Program-made: the position numbers and the translations under genes
Assembly (NCBI RefSeq): GCF_000007185.1
Contig: NC_003551.1
Coordinates: 1,110,001 to 1,142,000, forward strand
Length of the DNA: 32,000 nucleotides
Direction: 5' to 3'
Origin: Methanopyrus kandleri AV19
GTDB taxonomy: Archaea > JAADCQ01 > Methanopyri > Methanopyrales > Methanopyraceae
Shown here: positions 1 to 9,000 of the stretch, in pieces
How the letters are laid out: each line of letters starts with the position of its first letter
Position numbering within the stretch: the stretch's first letter is position 1
Notes under the pieces: model-generated
Databases searched by the model: none
Told to the model about the DNA's origin: nothing
What the model saw: the letters and a program-made list of their open reading frames with translations, nothing else

Positions 1-239
1 CGCCGGATCCTGGAGAAGGTACGCTAGATACCGGGGGACTGACGTCACCCTCGGCACCGCGGACGGGTCGTCACCCTCCCCATAGGCCTTCATTCGAGCT
101 CAGGTATTTCCAGGCCTTCCGCGCCCGAGCCCGGATTCCTGATTCGTGGGAGTTCGCGGGAGTCGGATCGGAGAGCTTCCCGCGTCCGGCGGGTGCGACC
201 GACGGTGCGCGTTCGTAGTCCCTTGCCTAACGGAAGTTC

Positions 240-1134
240 TTACCCCTCCATCATCGCCCGGACCGGCGCGTTGATCCACTGCAAGGCTAGTGCCAGCGCG
301 CCCAGTGCGTGCAGTCGGATCGGGTAGGCGAAGTACAGGATCATTCGCCCGGAGCCCGTCCGGACGATCATCGTCCCGCCCGGGCCCATGAGGATCCTCC
401 CGCCGCGGGCGTGCCACGCGGGGAAATACTTCACCTTGACCAGGACCCACCGGTGACCGCTCGTGTCCACTTCGACCCGATCCCGGTGCATTCGGGTCGG
501 TACGGGATGAAGCTCCGATCCGAACCCGTTCAGTATCTGGGAGTACAGACGCCGTTCATGCAGGCTCGACCGTCGGCAGGTGATCCCACCGGCGTTCGGC
601 CCGGAGGAGGTGGAGGGAGTGCCGCCGAGAAGCGTAGAGCGACGACGCGAGCAGGGCCGGGGCGAGGATCCGACGGTCCCTATCGGCGATCGACAGAGAC
701 CGAGCCCGAACGATAGCGTCATCGGGTAGATGCCGCCCATGATCCACTCGAACTACATCCCGGAGGCCGCGAGCGCCCCCGTCCCAGGCTGAGGGTCTCG
801 CCCTAGGCCTAGACTCCTCGCGAGCGCGTACGCGCCGAGGGTGAACGAGAGTGCCGCCAGGAGGAGCCCCCGCGAAGGCGCTCGGGCCGCTCAGGACCCC
901 CGCCAGCGGGGCCCGTGAGGTGGTGGGGGAGGAGGCAGTAGAAGGTCGTGTACGGGAACCCCAGGTACCAGTACGGGCACAGGTCGATCGGGTCGCGTCC
1001 GGTGAGCGCCCTCAGCGCGTACTCCGAGGCGAGCGCGTGCGGGAGGCGCGTCCCGCGGCACTCAGGGGTTGATCAGGATCGGGGAGACGATCACGACCGC
1101 GGCGAGCGCGGGGACCGCCTACCACCCGTGCCGT
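240..1134 (-). pseudogene. Fragmented integral-membrane protein (speculatively glycosyltransferase-like); the longest intact piece is ORF 240..740
   Basis: My minus-strand translation gives protein-like pieces in different frames. Examples are '...LASEYALRALTGRDPIDLCPYWYLGFPYTTFYCLLPHHLTGP', then 'LAGVLSGPSAFAG', then 'LLLAALSFTLGAYALARSLGLG...'. Frame changes fall at C5 runs 897-901 and 867-871. An in-frame TAG lies at 753-755, directly before 'FEWIMGGIYPM...'. The C-terminus 'HRWVLVKVKYFPAWHARGGRILMGPGGTMIVRTGSGRMILYFAYP' resembles the beta-rich C-terminal domains of membrane glycosyltransferases; that comparison is from memory only. Confidence 0.35.
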
Positions 1135-1362
1135 CTCACGTCGGACACCCTTTCCCGCCGGCGACGATTGGGAGATCCCGGCCTCTTATCCGCGACGATC
1201 GCCCCGCGCCCCGATGGTGCGATCGAGACGTTACGAGTTACGTAACGATAAGACCCGTCGTCGGTGTCGACGTACATCTCTGTTGTGAACCGACCACTTA
1301 CGCTTTGAACTTGGAGATCAACCTGCACTGATCATGAAAGAAATGGATGAATAACTTAACGT

Positions 1363-1401
1363 AAAGATTCTTACAGTGATTACAGATTAATTGCTAGCGA
1401 G
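1363..1401 (-). repeat. Degenerate terminal (trailer-end) CRISPR repeat remnant
   Basis: 1379-1401 'attacagattaattgctagcgag' aligns to the repeat 3' part 'attacgggttaattgcgag' with substitutions and a small insertion. It lies 63 nt from repeat 1, which is within the spacer length range. Confidence 0.5.
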
Positions 1402-1464
1402 GGAAGAGACTACGGCGAGAGGACCAAATAGATGGCGATTCAGGGGGCTAAAGAAGGTCACTAG

Positions 1465-2521
1465 GTTTCATTACCCGTATTATTACGGGTTAATTGCGAG
1501 ATGCAGGCACAATGAGTTTGCGGACAAAGACGATAATGTATTGTTAAGAGTGTATACGTTTCATTACCCGTATTATCACGGGTTAATTGCGAGTATGTTA
1601 GCTGGTCGAGGAAATTGTGGCGGTGTTAAACTCCGGAGAAACACGTCGAACCCGTTTCATTACCCGTATTATTACGGGTTAATTGCGAGCTCGCGATGCG
1701 TGTGCGGACCGCACCGTGCCCGCGTGCTATGACGGATCTCCTCTTCGCGACGTTTCATTACCCGTATTATTACGGGTTAATTGCGAGACATGAGGTCCAG
1801 TTCCAGAAGCCTGAGCGGAAGCGCAAGGCGCTCGACCCGGAGTTTCATTACCCGTATTATTACGGGTTAATTGCGAGGGTCAAGGAAGTCTTCCCTTCAC
1901 TGAAGGAAAAACTAGAGGATGACGAGGTTTCATTACCCGTATTATTACGAGTTAATTGCGAGAACCTAACTTAGCATATGATGGTGGTTATAATTCAGAT
2001 ATTAACGCTAGCATATCGTTTCATTACCCGTATTATTACGGGTTAATTGCGAGCAGACTGGGTAAGGGAGGACAGAGACGGGGAGGTGGAGACATGGGTC
2101 CTTAATGTTTCATTACCCGTATTATTACGGGTTAATTGCGAGGAGGGCAATGAGGAAGGAACAGCTGAGAGCTCGGGGTATCACCGAGCTAACACCGGTT
2201 TCATTACCCGTATTATTACGGGTTAATTGCGAGTCGTAGGGGTAGTAGAAGAAGCATACGAAGGACTCATGGAATCCTGCAAAGAGTTTCATTACCCGTA
2301 TTATTACGGGTTAATTGCGAGCTAGCTGTGAAGGGAGTGTGTGTAGCGAGCCCCTGAGAAAAATAATCCGTTGGTTCGTTTCATTACCCGTATTATTACG
2401 GGTTAATTGCGAGTGCTCGCCCGCTTCTTCCGCGAGACCCTGTATCATGACCGGGAAGAACGCGCTACCGCTTAGCGAGAAGAACGTTTCATTACCCGTA
2501 TTATTACGGGTTAATTGCGAG
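1465..2521 (-). CRISPR. CRISPR array with 12 intact 36-nt repeats and 11 spacers; transcription inferred on the minus strand
   Basis: Repeat GTTTCATTACCCGTATTATTACGGGTTAATTGCGAG starts at 1465, 1558, 1654, 1752, 1842, 1927, 2018, 2107, 2198, 2286, 2378 and 2486. Two single-base variants occur (repeat 2 'tatcacggg', repeat 6 'ttacgag'). There is an internal 7-bp palindrome ACCCGTA/TACGGGT with loop TTAT. Spacers are unique, with lengths 57, 60, 62, 54, 49, 55, 53, 55, 52, 56 and 72 nt. The reverse complement ends in ...ATGAAAC, the usual 3' repeat end that gives the crRNA 5' handle. The variant and degenerate repeats sit at the left end, so the leader is on the right. Confidence 0.97.
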
Positions 2522-3075
2522 GGCGGGCGGTTCTCCCGGAGGATCACCCTTTACACTCCGAAACCACCGAGGAGATTCCCCACTCCTCACTCACTAGGAA
2601 TTAGTATACCGGTCCTATTTAAAGATTACCCCGATTCCGTCGAACACTTAATCATACTAAAATCCGATACTAATTTGTTTCCCTTTAGTCAAAAGTTTAA
2701 TATACAACGTCGGTAATGCTGAAAACTATAGTTTCTTCTGATGAGTAATTAATAAATTAACTTGATGAAGTAATAATTACAAAATGCTCATAAACTACTT
2801 TAGTACCTCGTGAGAACTGTAGTTCTTTGCTAACGGTTAGAATCGTTATCTCTTCGAATTGAAATAAGGTGCAAAACTTGCACTATTAAGGTGCATATTT
2901 TGGGCTTCAGGAAAAACCATTACCAGTATTGATAAGTATGAGTAAACATAGTAATACTTCATACTCAAGCGCTTCGAAACTACCGCTTCCTACGCGGAAG
3001 AACTAGCTTTTCTACCAAGTTAATTAACTCAACGGAAAATTAGTACGACATAATATTACTACTTCTGGCATTCTC
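2522..3075 (-). promoter_or_regulatory. AT-rich CRISPR leader with a TATA-like element (minus-strand TTTAAATA at 2616-2623)
   Basis: About 550 bp of strongly AT-rich sequence without credible ORFs directly abuts the last perfect repeat. The TATA-like box lies about 95 nt upstream of that repeat in the inferred transcription direction. A palindrome GTGCAA-AAC-TTGCAC sits at 2869-2883, flanked by a direct repeat 'taaggtgca'. Confidence 0.6.
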
Positions 3076-3296
3076 TCATGCTAACCCTCCACGCCGACTC
3101 GCCGAAGGTTTTTGTCATCCGATGGGGCTCCGGGACATCGACCGTGGGCGGGAACGGCGCGCTCCACGTGCTGTCCGATCCCCTAGGAGAGCGTCGTGGG
3201 ATCACCCGTCTCCGGTGGAGGGTGGGAGCACGGGATCCCCGACGGTCACCGGCACCCACGTGCGGGACGGGAACGCCGTCTCGGGAGGTGACGGGA

Positions 3297-4281
3297 ATGT
3301 CGGCAGTCCGAGTCGCAGCCGCGGTCGCGGTGATTCTCGCACTGATCGCGACGCCGTCGGAGGGGCTCGACCCGGCGACGTTCGCGGAGCTCGGCGGCGC
3401 CCTCCTCCAGGCTGGGGCTCCTGTTGCCGGAGTACCCGAAGCCCGGGACGGTCCGCGAGGCCGTGTACGTGTTGTCCGTCCCGGGGGACCGGGCCACGCT
3501 CGACCTGGTGTTCGACGTGCCCCCGTGGGCCCGGGTCTTGGACCTGTACCTCTCCGCGGGCTCCCGGGTGCTCGGCGCAGGGATGGTCCCGAGGAGTGCC
3601 TACTCCGGGCTCGACCACTACGTCCCGGCCCCGGAGCTGCCCGGGTTCGTGAGGCTGGAACTGGCGGGTGAGCGGACCGAGCGGTGGTCGTCGGATCGGT
3701 TCCCGGCGACCGACCCGTGGTTGAGGGGGCTGTTGAAGCGGCACGGCCTGCGCTGGACCGTGGTCAGGTACTTCCTGCCGCGGAACGGCCTGTTCTGGGC
3801 GAGGTGCGAGGTCCCGCTGCTCGACGGGTTCGTGGTCTGGCCCGCCCCGTTCGTCGGCGGGTACTACGTGTACGGCGGTGTGACGGAGGCCCGACTGGTC
3901 CCGGAGGGCGGTCCCGACCGGCGGCTGACGTTCGGACCCCTGCCCCCGCTCTCCGATCTGGACGCGACCCTGGTCCTGGTCCTGGACGGACCGCCCGCGG
4001 TCGTGGTCTCGTCCCGGGGCTTCCACCGGACCGTGCTGGTGTTCCGGCCCGTGGGCGCGTCGCCGGAGGCCTACCGGTACGCGGCGGACCCCCTCCGGGT
4101 CGCACTGGGCCTGCTCGGAGGGGCGGTGAGTCTACTGGTCCGGCCGACGGTCCCGAAGGCCCTGGCCGCGCTGCTCGTCCTGGTGCCGGTCGCGGGCCTA
4201 GACTACCGGTGGCCGTGGCTGACGGGCTGGGCGACCCTGGGTCCGGCGGTGCTGTTCCTCTGCCTGCTACACGTCCTCTGA
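3297..4281 (+). CDS. Secreted, C-terminally membrane-anchored hypothetical protein; the reading frame changes near 3414-3424
   Basis: ATG 3297 is preceded by GGAGGTGA (3284-3291). It encodes a signal-peptide-like 'MSAVRVAAAVAVILALIATPSEGLDPATFAELGGALLQAG'. The protein-like sequence then continues in the +1 frame as ORF 3424..4281 ('LPEYPKPGTVREAVYVLSVPGD...'). The switch is at the GGGG run 3414-3417. The C-terminus has two hydrophobic helices ('ALGLLGGAVSLLV', 'GWATLGPAVLFLCLLHVL'). Confidence 0.55.
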
Positions 4282-4331
4282 GGGGATCCGCGTTTAAGCC
4301 CGGTGCGGTCCGTGACCCCGGGTGACGCCGC

Positions 4332-5444
4332 TTGCCCGGTCGGGTACCCAAGGACGTGTGGCTCCTAGGAGCGGTCAGCCTCCTCAACGACGTTAGCTCG
4401 GAGGGTATCTTCGCCCTGCTCCCGTACTACCTGACGGCCCTGGGTGGCGGTCCCGCGCTCGTCGGAGGGACCTGGGGAGGTATGGAGCTCGTCAAGAGCC
4501 TGCTCAACGTCGTCTCCGGTCGCGTCTTCGGCCGACCCGGGTGGGCCAAGCCGGCCGTGGCCGCAGGGTACGGGTTCTCCGCGTGCATGAAACTCCTGCT
4601 CGCGCTCGTCCGGGATCCGGTGACCGCGGGCCTGGTGGCCTCGCTCGAGCGCGTGGGTAAGGGGATCAGGACGCCGCCCAGGGACGCGATCCTGGCGGGG
4701 TTGGCGGGATCCGAGCCCGGCCTGGTCTTCGGGGTGCACCGGGCGCTGGACACTTCGGGGGCGGTTCTCGGGGCGCTCCTCGCCGGGGTCCTCCTGACGT
4801 ACGGGGTGCCCGCGGCGACCGCCGTCCTGGCCTTCGCGCTGGTCGGGTTCCTCTCGCTGGTGCCGCTGATCCCGGTGGAGGAGCGGCTCGAGGAGGGATC
4901 CTCCGAGGGGGAGGGGCGCGGTCGGTTCCCGCGGGCGCTCGCGATCGTCGGGCTCTACCGGTTGGGCGCGGTGGGCTGGATGATGTACTCTCTGAGGGTC
5001 CTCGGGGTGCAGGGTCCGGCCGCGGCCGCGTTCGCCTACGCGGGGTTCTCCACCCTGCACGCGCTGACCTCGGTGCCGGCGGGGAGACTCTCGGACCGGT
5101 TCGGGCCCGGGGTCGCGCTGTGCCTGGGGTACGCGATGACGGCGGCCACGGCGCTGCTGGCGGGTTCGGGACTCGCGGTGGCGGCGTTCATGCTGTACGG
5201 ACTGGCCTACGGGGTGGTCGACGCGGTCGAGCGGGCGGCCGTGGCCGAGCTCTCGGGGACGGCGGCCTCGTACGGCGCCTACCACGCGCTCGTCGGGGTC
5301 GGCTCGCTGGTCTGCGGGCTGGTCGTGGGGTGGCTGTGGGAGTCCGTCTCGCCGTGGGCGGCCTTCGGGTACTCGGCGTGCCTGACCGGGGTCGCGGCGG
5401 CGCTGGCGCCGGTCCTGATACTCAGGAGAGGGTCCGGCGGGTGA
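4332..5444 (+). CDS. Major facilitator superfamily (MFS) transporter
   Basis: The 370-aa ORF is hydrophobic throughout, with many predicted TM helices. MFS motif-A-like loops occur in both halves ('SGRVFGRPGW' and 'PAGRLSDRFGPG'). 'LERVGKGIRTPPRDA' is typical of this transporter class. GC-rich third codon positions fit the host. Confidence 0.85.
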   Translation: MPGRVPKDVWLLGAVSLLNDVSSEGIFALLPYYLTALGGGPALVGGTWGGMELVKSLLNVVSGRVFGRPGWAKPAVAAGYGFSACMKLLLALVRDPVTAGLVASLERVGKGIRTPPRDAILAGLAGSEPGLVFGVHRALDTSGAVLGALLAGVLLTYGVPAATAVLAFALVGFLSLVPLIPVEERLEEGSSEGEGRGRFPRALAIVGLYRLGAVGWMMYSLRVLGVQGPAAAAFAYAGFSTLHALTSVPAGRLSDRFGPGVALCLGYAMTAATALLAGSGLAVAAFMLYGLAYGVVDAVERAAVAELSGTAASYGAYHALVGVGSLVCGLVVGWLWESVSPWAAFGYSACLTGVAAALAPVLILRRGSGG

Positions 5445-5557
5445 GCTCGATCGGGTCCGCGCCTCCCGGCGGTCTTCGGCCTCGTCCGGTTGTATGGGAG
5501 AGTGGGATCGCCCGTGATCTCCCTGTCGGGGCAGTGTCGTGATCGCGGATGGCAAGG

Positions 5558-5565
5558 TTTATATT
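5558..5565 (+). promoter_or_regulatory. TATA-box-like element upstream of 5624..6253
   Basis: 'TTTATATT' sits in a short AT-richer patch about 60 nt upstream of GTG 5624. An SD-like 'AGGGGGAT' lies at 5613-5619. Confidence 0.3.
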
Positions 5566-5623
5566 CTGAGATGTCGTTCTCTCCCTATCTCCATACAACT
5601 TGGGGGCACATTAGGGGGATCGT

Positions 5624-6253
5624 GTGCCGGAGTTGGTCGAGTCGCACGTCCACGTCCCGATACCTTCCGATCCCGTGGAACGGATCCGAGCCCTCCGGGT
5701 CCTACGGGAGGTCTACCGTCGTGGGAAGAAGCCGAGCCTGGAGGTGACCTACCGGACCGTGGGAGGTAGCACGTGCGGGCCGTACTACGTCGCGAGGTGG
5801 CGTAAGGATTCGAGGTTCAAACACGGGCGCACGCTTTACTTGGACAAGTCCGAAAACGAGAGCGTTTCCTTCGTCGAGTGGCTGGTTTCACTGGATCGGA
5901 GTGAGGTTTTGGAACTAGCCCGACATCTCATGAGGAACCTCCGCTCGGTGCTCAAGACACTACTCACCGAGGTCTTAAGTCTCCCATACAAGAAGGCGAG
6001 ACGTGTGCTCACCCGCGGGCTCGCACTGGCCTTCGACGCGAGACCCTCGAACTCACCGCGGATCCGGGACCTCCTCGAGGAACTACCCGACCGGCTCGAA
6101 TCCTTCGCCGTGAGAACCCTGGGAGGCTGGCCCGCCCACTACTCGAGCTACCTGAGGAAGGTGATCCGCTCCCGCAGGAGGTCCCTCGACGGGAGGCACG
6201 AGGTACCCGACGTGGAGCTCGAGCTGGAACGCTGGAAACTCCGGCACGGGTGA
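5624..6253 (+). CDS. Hypothetical cytoplasmic protein with a 'CGPYYVARWRKD...GRTLYL' motif
   Basis: The 209-aa ORF has host-like codon usage and an SD-like site upstream. The motif resembles the 'C..HGPYWY..WR..GK..s.YlG' signature I recall for DUF6788-type proteins; this is from memory and unverified. Confidence 0.6.
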   Translation: MPELVESHVHVPIPSDPVERIRALRVLREVYRRGKKPSLEVTYRTVGGSTCGPYYVARWRKDSRFKHGRTLYLDKSENESVSFVEWLVSLDRSEVLELARHLMRNLRSVLKTLLTEVLSLPYKKARRVLTRGLALAFDARPSNSPRIRDLLEELPDRLESFAVRTLGGWPAHYSSYLRKVIRSRRRSLDGRHEVPDVELELERWKLRHG

Positions 6254-6294
6254 TCCGGACACTGACCGCATCGACCTCCCGACGGCGGCACCGG

Positions 6295-6663
6295 TCAGAA
6301 CTCCTCGTACTCGTCGAGGAGCACCCTCCAGACCTCCTCGTACTCCTCCGGGGTGGCGAGGTGGAACTCGATCGGGTGACGCTCCGGGAGGTCGAGCTCC
6401 CTCTCGAACTCGCGGATCAGGTCCACGCGGTCCTCCAGGTCCTCCGGGACTCCGTCGGACACGATCAGCACGTCCAGGTCGCTCCCCGGGAGCGCCTCGC
6501 CCTTGACCGCACTCCCGAACACGAACACGCGGGTCCCCTCGCCGAGGAGACGCCGGGCGACCCTCGCGATCCGCTCGCCCCACTCACGCCACCGCGACAC
6601 GAACTCCCGGTAGTTCCGGCGGTTGATCCGGGCCTCGAGGACGTATAAGTCGCGACCCGACAC
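6295..6663 (-). CDS. Minimal nucleotidyltransferase (MNT-type, the antitoxin-like partner of HEPN)
   Basis: The 122-aa ORF carries the canonical pol-beta-fold NTase signature 'GSAVKGEALPGSDLDVLIV' (GS-x9-11-D-x-D). Its size is typical of MNT proteins. Confidence 0.85.
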   Translation of the reverse strand: MSGRDLYVLEARINRRNYREFVSRWREWGERIARVARRLLGEGTRVFVFGSAVKGEALPGSDLDVLIVSDGVPEDLEDRVDLIREFERELDLPERHPIEFHLATPEEYEEVWRVLLDEYEEF

Positions 6664-6683
6664 GGTGAGCCCCGGGTCTCCCG

Positions 6684-7071
6684 ATGCGCAGGCTGAGGAA
6701 GAAGCTTCTGGAGCGCGCCGAGGGGTCGCTGGAGGCCGCGCGGTGGCTCCTGGGACGCGGTAACACCGACCTGGCGTTGGTCATGGCGGAGCGGGCGGCC
6801 GGGCTCAGGATCAGGGCCGCCCAGATCCTGCTCGCGGGGGAGCACGCGCGAGGACACGACCTGAGGGACCTCCGGGGACGAGCGCATCGACGGGTTCGTG
6901 TGTGAGCACGCGAAGGCCCTCGACGTGCTGGGCGTGGCCTACACCGAGTGCCGGTACGGCGCTTGGGAGCCCTCCGAGGAGACCTTGGAGTGGGCCATCG
7001 GGACCGTCGAGGAACTCTTCGAGCTGCTCGAGCGGGTGGAGAGGGACCACGGACCGGCCTCACGACCGTGA
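6684..7071 (+). pseudogene. HEPN-domain protein interrupted by a frameshift
   Basis: Frame 0 (6684..6905) gives 'LLERAEGSLEAARWLLGRGNTDLALVMAERAAGLRIRAAQILLAGEHARGHDLRDL', a HEPN helix pair with the conserved 'HDL..L' region. The HEPN C-terminus 'DERIDGFVCEHAKALDVLGVAYTECRYGAWEPSEETLEWAIGTVEELFELLERV' continues in frame +1 from 6877 to stop 7069-7071. The switch lies within or next to the GGGG run 6874-6877. Confidence 0.7.
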
Positions 7072-7810
7072 CCCGGGTGGTCGGTACTCCTTCAGCCCCG
7101 CCCACTCCTCCCACGTGTGGAGGACGATCCTGTTCATGGTCCACCTCCGGGCGCACTCCTCGTCGAACGTGACGGCCACGGGTAGTACCGCACGGTCTCG
7201 ACGACCCGACCCCACACCGTGACGATCCGGTGATCGCGCACCCACCTCTCGTATTTGAGCGTCAGGAGGAAACCCGTCAGCATCGCGGCCGGCGCGAGCC
7301 ACCCGCAGTACGGCGGCAACGACCCGAGGACTGTCGCCGCGCCCACGCCCGTCCCGACGACCGCGGGGATCACGAACCTCGGGAGCGCGGGCTTCGGAAC
7401 CCCGGTAGTAGCGTCGCGACGTCCGAACGGTACGAGAACACCAGCAACCCGGCGAACGTGGACACGAGCTCGAACCTCACCGACGGTGGCGAATGACCGC
7501 CGAGCAGGACGCTCATCTCGTAGGTAAACGCCAGCGCGACCCATCCCATGGTGGAGACGACCAGGAGGTACCCCGACGGGGCGCAGTTGATGAGGTCCGG
7601 CCTGAAGACCAGCCGGGTGACGGGGTCGCACCGGGAGTTCTTGAACTCCTCCGGTTCCTCCCATGACCTCGGCTTCTTCTCCTCGACCCCTCGACCCCGA
7701 AGGACGTCCATGGCCCGTTTCCTCCGCCGCTCCCAGGCGATGTGGAGTATGAACAGGCCGTACGCGGTCACGCCGGTGACGACCAGCTGCGGCGCGAGGA
7801 TCGCGACCAC
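7060..7810 (-). pseudogene. Membrane protein readable only across three frames
   Basis: Piece 1 is 7810 down to about 7440: 'MVAILAPQLVVTGVTAYGLFILHIAW...GYLLVVSTMGWVALAFTYEMSVLLGG...FELVSTFAGLLVF'. Piece 2 runs to about 7190: 'VPKPALPRFVIPAVVGTGVGAATVLGSLPPYCGWLAPAAMLTGFLLTLKYERWVRDHRIVTVWGRVVETVRYYP'. Piece 3 runs to 7060: 'VAVTFDEECARRWTMNRIVLHTWEEWAGLKEY'. Each piece looks protein-like, and none is complete alone. Confidence 0.4.
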
Positions 7811-7918
7811 GTACTACATCGGGATCAAACCGACGGTTCCCCCGAGAGTCCCCCGGTCACGGTACGATGAGTTAAACCGCGTGGAACCCGGGCGGGCGTC
7901 GACACCCCCGTGACGCGT

Positions 7919-8440
7919 TCACACCCGGAGCTCGGGCCTGGGCCTCGCCGGGTGCGACACCGCAGCCCTATCCCAGTCGTGTGCGGCCCAGTCCGAGTGC
8001 TCGTAGTACGTGCTCCCCTCGACCCAGCGCACGCTCACGAGCGACTCCCTCGCGACCTCGAAGGGGAGCCGTACCCTCCAGGGCACGTGCGTCCTGAAGG
8101 CCCTCACGCGCTCCCCGAGGAGCACGTGCGCACCCTCGGGTAATGGTCCGTCCTCGAGGAACGTCGAGTCCTCGGTCACCGGAAACCCCTCCGGGTCGGG
8201 CACGAGGAGCACGACCTCAGCGCCCGGTGGGCCCTCGACCCGGAGGACACCCTCACGCCACTCGGACCGCGCCTCACCCAACCGCCGGAAGAACCGCTCG
8301 AACGTACCCGGCAGGTCCCCGGAAGCCACTTCGACCCAGCGGTCGTCTCGGAGCCTGAAGAGGGCACCCTCGTCCAGCTCGGGGGTGCGGAGGACCGCGG
8401 TCGTGACAGGATGGAACTGGAACGTGCGCATAGCGTCCAC
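7919..8440 (-). CDS. Hypothetical soluble protein
   Basis: The 173-aa ORF starts at GTG 8440 and has strongly GC-rich third codon positions like the confident genes here. The composition is balanced and non-repetitive. No recognisable motif. Confidence 0.65.
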   Translation of the reverse strand: MDAMRTFQFHPVTTAVLRTPELDEGALFRLRDDRWVEVASGDLPGTFERFFRRLGEARSEWREGVLRVEGPPGAEVVLLVPDPEGFPVTEDSTFLEDGPLPEGAHVLLGERVRAFRTHVPWRVRLPFEVARESLVSVRWVEGSTYYEHSDWAAHDWDRAAVSHPARPRPELRV

Positions 8441-9000
8441 CCTCCCACGCCAAGAGGGCCGCCCCTACCGTGCGACCTCCCGATATCACTCCCGGTACCA
8501 ACGGGTATTAATTTAACGATAAACGAGATGAATCGGTGGGGACCGCGCCGTCCGGAGGAATCACCCCAGGAGCCCGCGGATCCCGTCCGCAAGGTCCCGA
8601 GGCAGTTAAGACCCCGTTTCATCGACCGTCGGGATGCTTCCGATGAAGAGTCACTCCCCTGCCGAGTGGTGACGAGTTTTCCTCTTGGCGGAGGACGTCC
8701 GAGGCCTCCGCCGGATCTCCTACTCCGAGTTGAGGATGCGGCGTTGAAACGGTACCACACGGGTCCGGACGGACCGCGGCACCTGGAGCCACTTCCACGG
8801 AGCGTACATCCCATCGAAGCCGGGTAATTCGTTTCCGAATCAACTCGCCCTCGCAGTGCTCCAAGGCGAGGAACTCAACTTTCGGCCGAGGCCCACCCTC
8901 GACACGTCTCGGCTCCGCGGACATAGCCCGAGGATGGAGGAGACGTCCACCGCCACGCTCGTCCCGACGGTGATGGTCGGTCGACCCGGAACGTCGGATC

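Noticed and set aside
753-755. The in-frame TAG in the fragmented membrane gene as a pyrrolysine or recoding site
   Set aside because: The same gene also has frame breaks at two homopolymers. Pyrrolysine is confined to lineages with pyl genes, and I see no evidence of them here. A nonsense mutation in a decaying gene is the simpler reading.
1391-2716. ORFs 1391..1732, 1696..1974, 2311..2547(-) and 2315..2716 with recurring 'FHYPYYYGLIA' or 'SLPVLLRVNCE' peptides
   Set aside because: The repeated peptides are simply translations of the 36-nt CRISPR repeat in different frames. These are not genes.
2738-2768. C/D-box sRNA in the CRISPR leader (two 'TGATGA' boxes at 2738-2744 and 2762-2768)
   Set aside because: There are no appropriately spaced CTGA D or D' boxes and no terminal stem. 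TGATGA is expected by chance in AT-rich sequence.
3202-5555. Long antisense or alternative-frame ORFs (3202..4026-, 3764..4387-, 3684..4325+, 4365..5555-, 5120..5542+ and similar ones elsewhere such as 6083..6583-, 6584..7156-, 8176..8814-)
   Set aside because: These are Arg/Pro/Gly-rich low-complexity products typical of shadow ORFs in GC-rich DNA. They overlap better-supported genes (the MFS transporter and the 3297..4281 protein).
8627-8634. 'gtttcat' at about 8627 resembling the start of the CRISPR repeat, as a possible stray repeat
   Set aside because: The similarity ends after 7 nt, and no repeat-spacer periodicity is nearby.
8411-8924. ORFs 8411..8827(+) and 8619..8924(-) as protein-coding genes
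   Set aside because: The products are Pro/Arg-rich or patchy, and third-position GC is clearly lower than in confident genes of this window. They are kept only as part of the 'unexplained gap' finding.
8441-9000. RNase P RNA or SRP (7S) RNA in the GC-rich gap
   Set aside because: Only vague resemblances were found ('GAGGAAAA', 'CCCGGCTTC' on the minus strand), and they are in the wrong order for RNase P. There is no SRP helix-8-like 'GGTCAGGTCCGGAAGGAAGCAGCC' motif.
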